Source: Octopus bimaculoides
Lineage: Eukaryota
DNA: 64,000 bases
Assembly (NCBI RefSeq): GCF_001194135.2
Contig: NC_068994.1
Coordinates: 26,819,400-26,883,399 of the forward strand
Direction: 5' to 3'
Shown: positions 38,400-50,456 of the stretch, one piece after another
Numbering within the stretch: position 1 is the first letter of the stretch
Layout: the number at the start of each line of letters is the position of its first letter
Notes under the pieces: model-generated
What the model was told of the DNA's origin: nothing
What the model saw: the letters and a program-made list of their open reading frames with translations, nothing else
Databases searched by the model: none
Made by a program: the position numbers and the translations under genes

Positions 38400-39400
38400 G
38401 AATGATGATATTGTTGGGGAAACTCTTGGCATTGACAAGGTTGAATTAGCTGGTCTGTTCTGTAGAACTTGAAATCCAAGGACTCCTATGGATAACTTTT
38501 AGAAATCTTTGGTCAAGCAGCACTACTGAGAGGCACTACTAGTTAAAAATAAGCTCTACAAGCATGGAAGTACCACCAAGCAGCACTGTCAAAGATGCAT
38601 GCAGAGTGATAAAATCATGTAGCATGCAGTAATGTAGTGTCCCAGCATTGTTGACTTGTGGAGTTATGTTGCATGTAGGATGGATATTGCTATCAGCTGA
38701 ATACATACTGTAGATAATCTTGCAAGTATTTTAACATGGCATCCTATATCTTCTCACTTTTAGAATTTCCAGCTTATTCTTAGGATTTTCGCAATTTCTG
38801 TTGTTATTTCTTCTTTTTCCTCATAATTAGATATTCTTGCAGCCTCTATATTTGTATTTGTCTTGGACAGAGAAAACCAGTTTTGCTTGCTTTGGTGCTA
38901 TCTTATTAATTTTCCATTATTCTTTATCTGATTACTTTGGTAGTTTTACAATGGGTAATAAGTTTTCTACTACCCTGCGTTTGTGATAAATATAATCTTT
39001 CTCTGTTAGATTTTGGGTAGTGTATTCTAAATGTAGTTAATATTTTCTTCCGTTATATATAGTGTTGCTATGTCCAACTGAGAATTGCATAACCATGTAT
39101 CATTACTGAGATAGCTACAGTACTGGTGTCTCTTAGTTTACTTTTTGCATTTAACTCTGTTTTAACTTTTAAATTCCTGCAGTGATCTCTATCCTGTTAG
39201 AAACTAGAGATTTTGATGAAAATACAGTTAGTCCAGTATAAAAGCATAACTATGGTATAAATTTGAATGAAAGTTGGTGATAGGATGTAATGATTGTTGG
39301 TGTACATTGGGAATATATGATTTACCTGTTGTTATATCATTGTCATCTGTAGAATATAGTTAAGTCAATTACAGGTAAATGTTTTTACATATATTTAAGA
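38400..39400 (-). mobile_element. older Dong/R4-like fragment
   Basis: ELNAKSKLRDTSTVAISVMIHGYAILSWT and RKILTTFRIHYPKSNRERLYLSQTQGSRKL, the R4 thumb region. Confidence 0.6.
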
Positions 39401-39715
39401 TATTGATTTCTAGGCATCATTTTCCTATCTTGGAACTGAATTTGTGCTCAGAATTCTCTGTAACTTGAAAACTGCACAACTTCCATTAGCAAAAGTATTC
39501 AGAGATACACTCTCCTCTTTTCTATTGATGTAACGAAAGTGACACCATCTTGTTGATGTGCATACCTTGTTGTTTCAGCACACATCTTGGCAAACATTTT
39601 CTTCAGGAAAATGTTAGAAAAAATGCTTAGTAAGTTTTACTTCTAAGTTCAACTATTTTGTAAGGCTCACATTACTAATAATGGAAACATCACCTTGTGT
39701 GCATTGGGAGCATGA

Positions 39716-42700
39716 AATGATTTGTAATAAATAGCGATTGACTCTATTCATTGAAATGAACAACTTTTTGACTGTATGTCTGTCTTCCTCAAGTTCAGAA
39801 TATGCAGAAATACAAAAATTCAAAATTAGAAATGAAAATCCTGCATTTCTTTCTGGACGAAATGGCGTCATCAATTTTCACCTGTTCATAACTTGTAGCA
39901 AGGAAACAGAAAAAAATGAAGAAAGAAAGAATAAAAAAAAAAAAAGAAATAGAACACAGTCAAAAAGTTTTGTGTAAATCTGATGGAATTCCCCTGTCAA
40001 TTTGTTCATTGCTCCAGGGCATGACATTAGTAATTTACAAATATATTTATCCTTATGTGTTTTGAGAACTGAAAATACAATGACTTCAGAATATTTTCTG
40101 ACAATGAGTACTTTCAGGTGTTCCTCAAATTTACAGCTGTTTGATAAAATGTTTGACAAGTTCTGTTGAATTACTGTTATTGTGCCTGACATCATAGCTA
40201 TGACCACTGAATCTTTATTTGATTTTTCCGTTGTGCAACCAAGATATATCAAGTTAGGATTGGTGCATTCTGCTGTAAGCACCAAATGGAAATCCTTGCA
40301 GGTCCCATCTTCAGTATAAATTATAACATTTCTGTTATAATTTATGATGGTGTGGACTTACTTTGTTGCACAATGAACAGGGCTTGCCTTGCTTGCAACT
40401 GTTTTTAGGGATACAGTATTCAGAAACTCCAATGGAGTTTTTATTAAGATAGGGGCTAATATCTGAAGAAATATTTGCTTGAAATAAGGATATTTTTCTG
40501 AAATATGTTGGTAACTTTAATGGAACACTTTAGAAATACCAGCAAAATTTCAGTGTCAGTTAATCACTAAAGGAATACAGTTATAAATTTTACTTCATCT
40601 GGTAAAATTAGGAGTGAAAGTTTGATTTTTTTTTTTTTTGCTAATTTTAGCTATATCATTTGCAATTTCCTTCAGTTGTGATTCACAATTACTTTTGACA
40701 CAATGGTACACAAAAGTATTTGCATGTTTCTGATAACCCTCTATGTCAGTACAAATCTGTTTTATCTTCAGATTTTGGATTTGACTTATTGTCTCATGTG
40801 GATGGTTGGAACATGATGTCAGGCACACTAACAGTAGGTATCACTATGAATTTTTGAAAATATTTGAATGTAATTTCTACTGTACTTTTTCTTGGAAAGT
40901 ATACAAAAAGAAACATTTTGATACCTCATTTGTGAAATTTGGATGAATATTTTAGGAAATAGGACAGGTCAAATGGTCAGTGAATTGGTTGAAATCTTGT
41001 CTGATTGCCCTAAATGGTAATTAGCCATATTTGTGATGTGATATTTTAAAATTTGAGGTGATAAGCATCTCTAAATTACACAAATTAATAGTGTCCATGG
41101 TATAACAGTTGCCTTCTCTTTTTCTTTTTTCATGTTCTTGAAAGTAAAACTTTTTTTTTTGGCAATATTTATGTAAAGCTTGTATTGTTACATGTAATAA
41201 ACTGTTGCTTTCATGTTGTTCTCAGACCTAGCTAAATCGAAAATTACAAACTACACGGACTTGAGTTTTAATATATTTGTAGTAGGTATAGAACTAAATA
41301 TTTTCTGAGATTTTGGGGCATGATATCATTTCGATAAAATTTTAATGGACTATTAAAAATGGTTATAAGTTTTGAATCAGGATGACCACATAAGTTGGAT
41401 TTTCTCCTTTTTGACTGGTATTTTTTCACCACAGCCTTGAAAATGATGGGAGAGAGGGAGTGAACATTTTATGAAAAATTTTGTTTTGAAAATTTATGAT
41501 TTTTTTCACCTGCCCTGTTGACTGATTTTGGCCAATATTTTTTTTCTACTATACGCTTGAAAACAATGGGAGAAACCTTTACAGAAAAAAAAAATAGAAA
41601 ATATTTTCAAATGAAAGGTGCCTTATTTAATGAAGATTTAGCTGTTGTTTCTTGCACATCCCACGACCATCTGTCACCTTTCACAGAATTGTATGCAGAC
41701 CTAGATTAAAAAACAAACAAAATATGAAAACTAATTCCTTCATTTAGCATTAGAAATATCTGTAACTTACAACAAACTCGTACTGAAAATCAAGATCGAG
41801 CGAGCTTTTGCTCTTTTGCTCGATGTGTGGTTTCCGTCCACGCTGAGCTTGCCTTGGGACACCTGCGTTACCGTTTGACAGACAAGAGGTAAAAAAGAAA
41901 ACAATCCAAGCAGCACTTCTTGTGAATATGTAAACAAACAAAAATAATAAAACAAACCAGCACTACTTGTGAATATATAAACACTACCACAAATTATCTG
42001 ACTGTATTCAAGATCAAGGGGAAAAAAATCACTTCAGACTTTAATAATCTACAAATTATATTCATTGCACAATATAATTTTTATTGATGAAATTTGACCA
42101 ATATTTCTCAAATGAAAATGAAATTTACATGTACAAGAATATCTGCTAGGTAAAATTTGGATGTTGCTCTCCACATGTTGTTAAAACAGCAAGAGGGAAT
42201 AAACAATAGATGATTCCATGCTAATTTTGGACTCTAGAAGACTTATGTAGCTCAATTTAGTGCACTTTTCATAGAAATATGTTTACTTAGTAATTAATTT
42301 GTCCATTTGAAATTCTTCTCAAGCTCAATATTTGAAGCCTTGGATTCATGTTCCATTTGACTTCTTGACAAGCAGGAATACATCAGTTTAATAAGTAGCT
42401 TTGGTATGCATTAATCCTATATGAGCAACTGTGGTAGCACTATCCTCTTTATTGACTTTGCACTTTTAGCCACATCATGACCAGATTTGGCAGTGACTGT
42501 TTATATTTGTGAGAAATTTTTCTTTCTTATGATATAAAAATCTCAAAGAAAATATGTTCTTTTCACTCTTTATAATGGTTATCTGACCTACCTCCATCGA
42601 TTTCTGTAACAAAATAAAGCAGAAAAAGTCCTCTCCAGGACTGTGTGATTTTCAGCACAAATCAACTTACAATGCCTCAGTGCATTGAAGTAGAATGAAA

Positions 42701-43445
42701 GCTGTCATCTAGCAGTCAAAAATATAAAAACTGGACAAAGTTTGTGAATGGGTGGAAATATGATGATTGAGGGGCACTGGCACGATATGTAAGTGTCAGA
42801 TTTTGATCAAAACTATATGAGAAGAAAGAACTTTCTAATGATATATAATTTTCCACTGAAAAAAAAATATTTTGACATGAAAATGATCAAGCAAAGAGTG
42901 TGTGTTTCTGCATGGTCAAACTGTGCTTGTCTTCCTTCTACAGTGCTCTATAGTGATAACAGTGATACCTAATAACAGTAATTTGATGAAACTTGTTGAA
43001 CATTTTCTGAAATGGTTGTAAATTTGAGGAATACCTGAAAGTATACATTCTCAGAAAATATTCTGTTACCACTGTACTTTCAGTCCTCAAACCACACGAG
43101 ACTAAATATATTTGTGAATTACTAATGTCACTCCTTGGGGGAATGAACAAAATGGTAGAATTCCATCACATTTACACAAAACTGTTTGACTAAGTGTTCT
43201 CTTTCCTGTTTTCTATGTTCTTCTTACTTTCTTCTTTTCTCTTTCTTTTCTTTGTTACCAGTTGTGAACAAGTGAAAATTAAAGACATCACTTTGTCTAG
43301 AGAGGAATACAAGCTATTCCACTTCAAATTTTGAATTACTATATTCTGTATATCCTTCATTTTGAACCCAGGGAAGACAGACATACAGTTGAGATTTTGT
43401 TCAATTCAATAAACAGAGTCAATCTGTATTTATTACATATCATAT
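39716..43445. repeat. diverged ~0.5-kb inverted repeat pair (39716-40205 vs 42940-43445)
   Basis: Manual alignment shows colinear similarity, ~80% nucleotide identity over the best 177-nt block. Family unidentified. Confidence 0.75.
41778..41882 (-). rRNA. 28S rRNA fragment (105 nt, non-functional dispersed copy)
   Basis: Minus strand TCTGTCAAACGGTAACGCAGGTGTCCCAAGGCAAGCTCAGCGTGGACGGAAACCACACATCGAGCAAAAGAGCAAAAGCTCGCTCGATCTTGATTTTCAGTACGA aligns to the conserved eukaryotic 28S domain V segment. Confidence 0.9.
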
Positions 43446-43888
43446 TGTCCTCTTCCTCCTCATCTTCTCCCTCTTCTCCTTCTCCCTCTTCTCCTTCTTC
43501 CTCTTCTCCTTCTCCTTCTTCTTCTTCTTCTTCTTCTTCTTCTTCTTCTTCTTCTTCCTCTTCCTCCAGTATGGATATAAAATGGTTTTCCATTGTTTTT
43601 TTCTTCATGTTAACTGTGAAATTTTAACAAAAGGTTCGTGTCAGATAGTAGCTTTCTAACATGAGTTATTCTAAGGAGGAAAGATTTTAGGAGTACTTGC
43701 ATATTTGCCTTGATATTCAGCTGTTCCAGGTAGTATAATTTTTTTTTTTTTTACTTTATGATTGAACCTAATGCTTCAAGGATAACTGGTACAACTTTCA
43801 CTTTTGTTTCTGGATATCTCTACTTTTAAATCTTTTGAGTTTCTCTCTACTTACTTGTCTGCACTATATATATATATATATATATATA

Positions 43889-44463
43889 GCAATAAGAAAA
43901 TGGAGGGGATTAATAGATGGTATTCATCAACTTGCAGACATTGTATTGTGTCAGTTTACTTGTTTATTTGTTTACTAAAAGGACAATAATAACAATATAC
44001 AAACACATGTGACATATTACGTCATATCAGTAATTATAAAAATGACATAAAGTGACAGAAAATGGGATAATATTTCACAGCTGTTTCAGTCTAGAGGTGA
44101 CATGCCTCATTCTATATTTATCACTCCAGTAGACTGAAGTAATTTATCGATGAAATATATGCATACTTTAACATATACATAGATATACATAAATAAATAT
44201 AAATACATAAATACATATGTGTACATTTAAATGTACATACACAAATATCCATACATGCACACAAATGAATCAGTTATTATTGTTATTATACATGAGGAAG
44301 ACACACATATATACACACCCACACATACATACATACATATATGTATGTATACATAAACAGTTCCGTACAGACATGTTCATAGGTACATACGCATTAGTTG
44401 TGTTTGGAATGGAGGACTGGTGCATTAGTTCGTATCGTTATAATTCTAACAAAAATGTCCAAA

Positions 44464-44506
<43 letters not shown>

Positions 44507-47047
44507 ACATATGTATATTTTTACATCAAAAACCTATGAGGTACGTACATATTAGTTGTGTTTGTAATGGAGAAATTTATACAATTAGTTCGTAAAAATT
44601 CTAACAATAATATCCAAACTTCTATAAACCTATGGCGAGTTACTCCGTTATTGTTTTGTTTATGGAGTAGTTGGAATCTTGCTGGTAGTGGGGAGGGGTA
44701 ATTTTTGCTGTTCAGTCTCCTCATCTAATTGGTCATCTATTGTTTTAAAATGTCTTGGCTTAGCTACAGTTGGACATGGATTGATTGATTGATTGGTCAA
44801 TTAATTATTTAGATAATTGATTAGTTGATTGATTAGCTAATTGATTAGTGGACTGATGAATTGGTTAATTAGTCGTTAGATCAATAAGTTTGTGAGGATA
44901 CTCAAATCTAGGGTTACCTCCATTCACTCATGTTTGGAAAATAAAAAATGAATAACTACCTGAGGAATTTATTAGTTAAGTGACTCAACTATATAGGGAA
45001 TCCTGCTGTCAGACATAATAAATTTTAAACATAATTTGAGGCAATTTGTCGGATACAATAGCTTTTGATCATATTTTTACCAAAAATAACTACAATTTGA
45101 AAATATGTAGGTATAATTTGTATATGAAGGAGTTTTAGTGAGTAATCGGAGACTGTATTCTAGACGTAATCTTAGTGATTAATGACAGCATACTAAGAAG
45201 ATGTATACGATCAGTTTTATTGTATTGTTGTGTTATTGTTTTGTTGTTTTGCCCCTTGTTTTAGTTTGGTCTAACTAACTTCCGGCATGTGTTTCATATA
45301 ATCCCCATTGAAGTTAGTAAATATAGTAGTAAATCAATAGGTTGGACTTATACACAAAATAAAATTATCTCTTATATATTATATTAAATATTATCCCCGG
45401 AATGTCATATAGGTGTTAATTAGATTTGTAACAACCTATCTCACATATGTATTATACTTAAATTTTACACCCTGGGAAGAGGAGAAATTTCAACCATGTT
45501 TCGTGGTCTGCTACCACAACAGCTCCTTTATAGGATCCAGTTAGCTCAAGACATCATCAGGAGGAACCACGTCCGGTTTCGGCCCCTACTCCTCTACCAT
45601 TTTGACGTGGCGGGGCCCCTCCTTTCGGAGGTGTCTTCAGCTCTGGTGTTGGGTGCATGTCTTCTTTCTTCTATTCCCTGGTCTCTTCGATGTAGCATCA
45701 ACGAGTGTCAGCGTCCGACTGATCGTCATGTCAAGTTCCCCTTTTTATATCTGCTGCTAGGCTCCAGCAGGCAGCCCCAGCTAGCTGTCACGTGACACTG
45801 TCTAAATTTCTCGCTGCTAGGGTCCAGTAGGCAGCACCTTACACCCTTAGTATATCTCTTTAACCCTTTATTCCGATATGCACATCTATGTATATGGTAT
45901 GAGTATGTGCGTGTACATGTATGCATATATGTATTTATATGTATGTATGTGTATATGTGTATGTGTGTATATATACATATGGATATTTATATCCGTATAT
46001 AAACTTTCCGATAATTTGTTTAGTCTTTGTATTATCTATATACACTCCATTTATATAGGTATATATAGGTATGTGAGTATGTATGTATGTGTGTGTGTGT
46101 GTGTGCTTATATGTGTACGTATATATATGAATATATATGTATGTATGTATATATGTATTTATATATTTATGCCTAGCTCATTTTACTGGTTATTGGTTGT
46201 CCAACCGTAGCTAAGCCAAGACATTTTAAAGCAATAGATGACCAATTAGATGAGGAGACTGAACAACAAAAATAACCCCTCCCTACTACCAGCAAGATTC
46301 CAACTACTCCATAAACAAAACAATAACAGAGTAACTCATCACAGGTTTATGGATATTATTGTTAGAATTTTTACGAACTAATTGTATAAATTTCTCCATT
46401 ACAAACACAACTAATATGTACGTACCTCATAGGTTTTTGATGTAAATATATACATACTTTAACATATAAATAGATATACATAAATAAATATAAATACATA
46501 AATACATATATGTACATTTAAATGTACATANNNNNNNNNNAATGGGATAATATCTTATAGCTGTTTCAGTCTAGAGGTGACATGCCTCATTCTATCTTTA
46601 TCACTCCAGTAGACTGAAGTAATTAATAGATGAAATATATACATACTTTAACATATAAATAGATATACATAAATAAATATAAATACATAAATACATATAT
46701 GTACATTTAAATGTACATATATGTATTTATGTATTTATATTTATTTATGTATATCTATTTATATGTTAAAGTATGTATATATTTCATCTATTAATTACTT
46801 CAGTCTACTGGAGTGATAAAGATAGAATGAGGCATGTCACCTCTAGACTGAAACAGCTATAAGATATTATCCCATTTTCTGTCACTTTATGTCATTTTTA
46901 TAATTACTGATATGACGTAATATGTCACATGTGTTTGTATATTGTTATTATTGTCCTTTTAGTAAACAAATAAACAGATAAATTGAACAATACAACGTCT
47001 GCAAGTTGATGAATACCACCTATTAATCCCCTCCATTTTCTTATTGC
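43889..47047. mobile_element. non-coding element with long inverted arms (43889-44776 and 46198-47047) in a (TA)n site
   Basis: Termini tata|GCAATAAGAAAATGGAGGGG ... CCCCTCCATTTTCTTATTGC|tata. The arms align closely apart from one rearranged segment. Unique core of 1421 bp. Confidence 0.85.
45718..45835 (-). promoter_or_regulatory. Pol II core promoter: E-box, TATA and Inr
   Basis: TATAAAAAG starts at 45749 and Inr TCAGT has +1 A at 45720 (29 nt spacing). Palindrome TGTCACGTGACA at 45786-45797 lies between 23-bp direct repeats (45753-45775 and 45813-45835). Confidence 0.6.
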
Positions 47048-47299
47048 TATATAGATTAATGGTAAAATAACTTTTTACCTGCACCCATTTATTGCACTTG
47101 GTAATGTAATTGCCATGCAATGAAAAAACACTAGTGTAATAATAATTGGGTACTCTTCAAGCAGTATATTGGATAGATATTATCCCTTAGTAGATAGATA
47201 TCATCCCTAACTTTCTTGGATATATATATATATATATATATATCTGTCTGTCTGAAAGGCTTGCAACATCTGTTATAAGGCATTCTCTTTTTTTATTAT

Positions 47300-48480
47300 C
47301 ATATATGATGATCTTTAGTTTCTCATGAAATATTTAATTGTTTTGTCTGTCTCAAGTCTTGCTTTACCTGGTTCATTCACACCTTTTTCTGATACATGAG
47401 TGTACAACTTGTTTTAAGTATTATAGTCATACTTTTCAGAAAATGTTGAATTTAGATTGAAGCAAATCTTACCATGACATCATTCTTTCTGCACTAACAT
47501 TTCATGGCCTTCTGCAAGATAATCAATATTTCCCACTTGCACTTGTTTAAAGAACAAAATGAAGGAATAAATACTGTTGCTCACTGAAATATTGCTTAGT
47601 ACTCTGATCTTGAGCAGCCACCTACAAACTCTCAGTTTTTCTCTTTAAATATCTGAAGTCACTCCCACTATGAGTCAGGATTTTTCACATTTTTGATGTC
47701 TCCATGGAACTGTTCAAGTAACAGCATTTCTTTCAGCACTCCCTTTCTTTCACAAATTGTTCTGCTTTGGTATGTTTTCTTCTATTCAAGTAAGTCCGAT
47801 TTCTATTGCAGCAGATTATATTATTATTTTTGTCTTATATAAGAAACTATGATTTGGAATTGATTCCATGCTACAAATGCTGATTTTATCTGTGTTTTTT
47901 TCTTTTTACAAGTCATATAGATGCTGTGACTGTATTTTTTCCAACTACAATTTATCATCATATTTTTCTTTCTTATTCATAGTATTGATAGTGTACATAT
48001 TGTCAGGCTCTCTCCTTAAAACTGTGGAGCCATTTAAGCTTTATCTATTTATGCTTAATAAAACCTGTGAAAGTCATAATGAAATTCTTGGTTTCAGCTC
48101 TCGTTGCTATCACTGTTGCTTCATTTCAACACTGCCATTTTTTCTTCTTCCAGATCCAAAGATTATGGAGGGACATTCAAGAGAATTAATTTCACAGAAA
48201 ATGCTCTCATATATTATTATTTTACATCTAATGTCAATCACAACAAGGTTTGTGTTTCATATCTCCTTTAGAATTTTAGATTTATTATTCCATTCTTGCA
48301 TGATTGGGATCTTGTTTTGCAAGAGCAAATGTTTTTTTTTTTCCTTACAGTATTTGCGGCAATAAACTATGTAGTTGGATCTGTTCTTATTTGTTTAGCT
48401 TCCTTTTCATAATGGTAAGGGTGTGAGTTGAATAAAATTTAACTGCATTGTTGATTCATGGAATAAGAATTGAAGCTGCT
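47300..48480 (-). mobile_element. old Dong/R4-clade fragment
   Basis: Remnants EQFHGDIKNVKNPDS.WE..., LKRKTESL.VAAQDQ; homologous to 53600-53710. Confidence 0.6.
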
Positions 48481-49003
48481 CTTCTTGTGTTATGTACTCA
48501 GTAGTACAGCACAATGACTACTATGGTAAGAGGTGACCAACACCTGTACAGTTTAAGTTAGTCTACTACCTTAAACTGTACAGTTGTTGGTTTCTTTACA
48601 CATCCAGTTCCTTGTTGTTTATTTATTTTCTTTGTTTTTTTCTTTACCTTGTTACTGCCAAAATTTCAGTGTGTTTGACATTTTTGCTGTATTTGTGTCC
48701 ATGCATACACAAATGCATGTCTATGTTGTATAAAATTCACCTTGAGAAAACCATACACTAATATTTTTACAGTAAAGCTGTTATATGAAAATGTTTATGT
48801 GAGAACATAATTTTGCATTTTCATTTTCATAAATATATAGATACATAATAGTAATATTTACCTTTTATGTTAAAAACTAAAATTGATTTCATTCAGATGT
48901 ATATATATATATCTACGTGTAAAAATTTAGCACATCTTCAACCCATTCTTCTTATTTTATCTAAAAACAGGTGTGCACACACACGCGTGCACGCACACGC
49001 GTG

Positions 49004-49039
<36 letters not shown>

Positions 49040-50048
49040 GTGATGTGCAGTCTATATAGTTAAGATAGACAGTGTCTATCCACACCAGCACTATAAGTAT
49101 AACAATGTAGTTAGGAAATATGCTTTTCAAGGACATGGTTTTGGGTTTAGCTACTGTCCAGCATCTTGGGCAAGTGTCTTCTAATATAGATTCAGGCTAA
49201 CTAGAGTGAATTTAGTAGACAAAAACTGAAAGAAAACTAGTGTGTGTGTGTGCATGCATATATATCGTCATCATTAAGGTATGAAGGAAGAGGTTAGACT
49301 AGAGTAATTCCTTACAGAGGAGCTACTTGGATACTCACATTTAAGAGAGAGAGTGAAAATGAATTAGAGGTATTTCCAAAGAGATAGAAAGTGGTATTGA
49401 GTTATCTTGGTGGCACCTCATGTAACAAGAGCAGTAGCTTGGGGGGGGGGTTTGCAAAAGTGTTGGGTAAGAGATAGGGGAAGTGGAAGAGAGAGGTAGA
49501 CAACATCTGTAGGAATTGAGGGGAGGGGTGCACAAGTTGGGGAGATTATAGAGATACTAGAAGTATGATAGTAATGATGCTGTTGTCAGAGAGAGAGAGA
49601 GAGAAGGAAAGAGACAAAGAGAGGGGAAAGGGAAAGAGCAAGAGAGAGAGAGAGAGGGAGAGATGATATGTTTGGGTAGATTGCAAGAGTGAAGTAGAGA
49701 AATAAAACTGGTATAATGTCTGAGGAGAAATAATTTAGTGGTCTTGGTAAGGGGATGATTGTTGGGTGTGGAGAACAAAATATATTTCAGAGAAAAGAAC
49801 ATGGGCATAACTTGGTAGCCTTTTATTCCAATTGTTACATATATCTCAGTATTCAGCAACTGAAACTTATGTAACAATTAGAATAAATGAGTACCAAGTT
49901 ATGGCCATGTTCATTTCTTGTATTATTGCCATGCTCTTTGTATTATGTCATAGTGTGGTCTTGGATACAGACAGCGTGCATGTAAAAGCAATGGTGGGAG
50001 TTTAACATATTTAACATACATATGTGTGTGTGTGTGTATGTATATATA

Positions 50049-50103
<55 letters not shown>

Positions 50104-50408
50104 CATGTGTACATGTGTGAGTATGCATGTATCACCTTGTCTTAACATCACTTAATAGCTGTGGATGAGCATTCCCATCATATTAATCTAAAATTCCCTG
50201 GCATGGGAAAATATTTCCTTGCAGGTGAAGATTGATGACAAGAAGGGTGCACAGCCATAGAAAATTAGCCTTGTTGTATTTCATTTGAACCCTGCAAGCA
50301 TTGGAAAAACAAGGATTGAAACGGTGGTGATGATGATGAGAGTTTAGCATTCACTGGCTTCCTATCCATTATCAAATATGTAATTTAATTCATGAAATTA
50401 TATGTGCA

Positions 50409-50456
<48 letters not shown>

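Noticed and set aside
39878-40355. Long open frame as a novel protein gene
   Set aside because: Comparison with its inverted paralogue shows no third-position bias, and the paralogue has stops.
45496-45795. 99-aa plus-strand ORF in the GC-rich core
   Set aside because: It runs antisense to the promoter motifs, has no recognisable domain, and is explained by local GC content.
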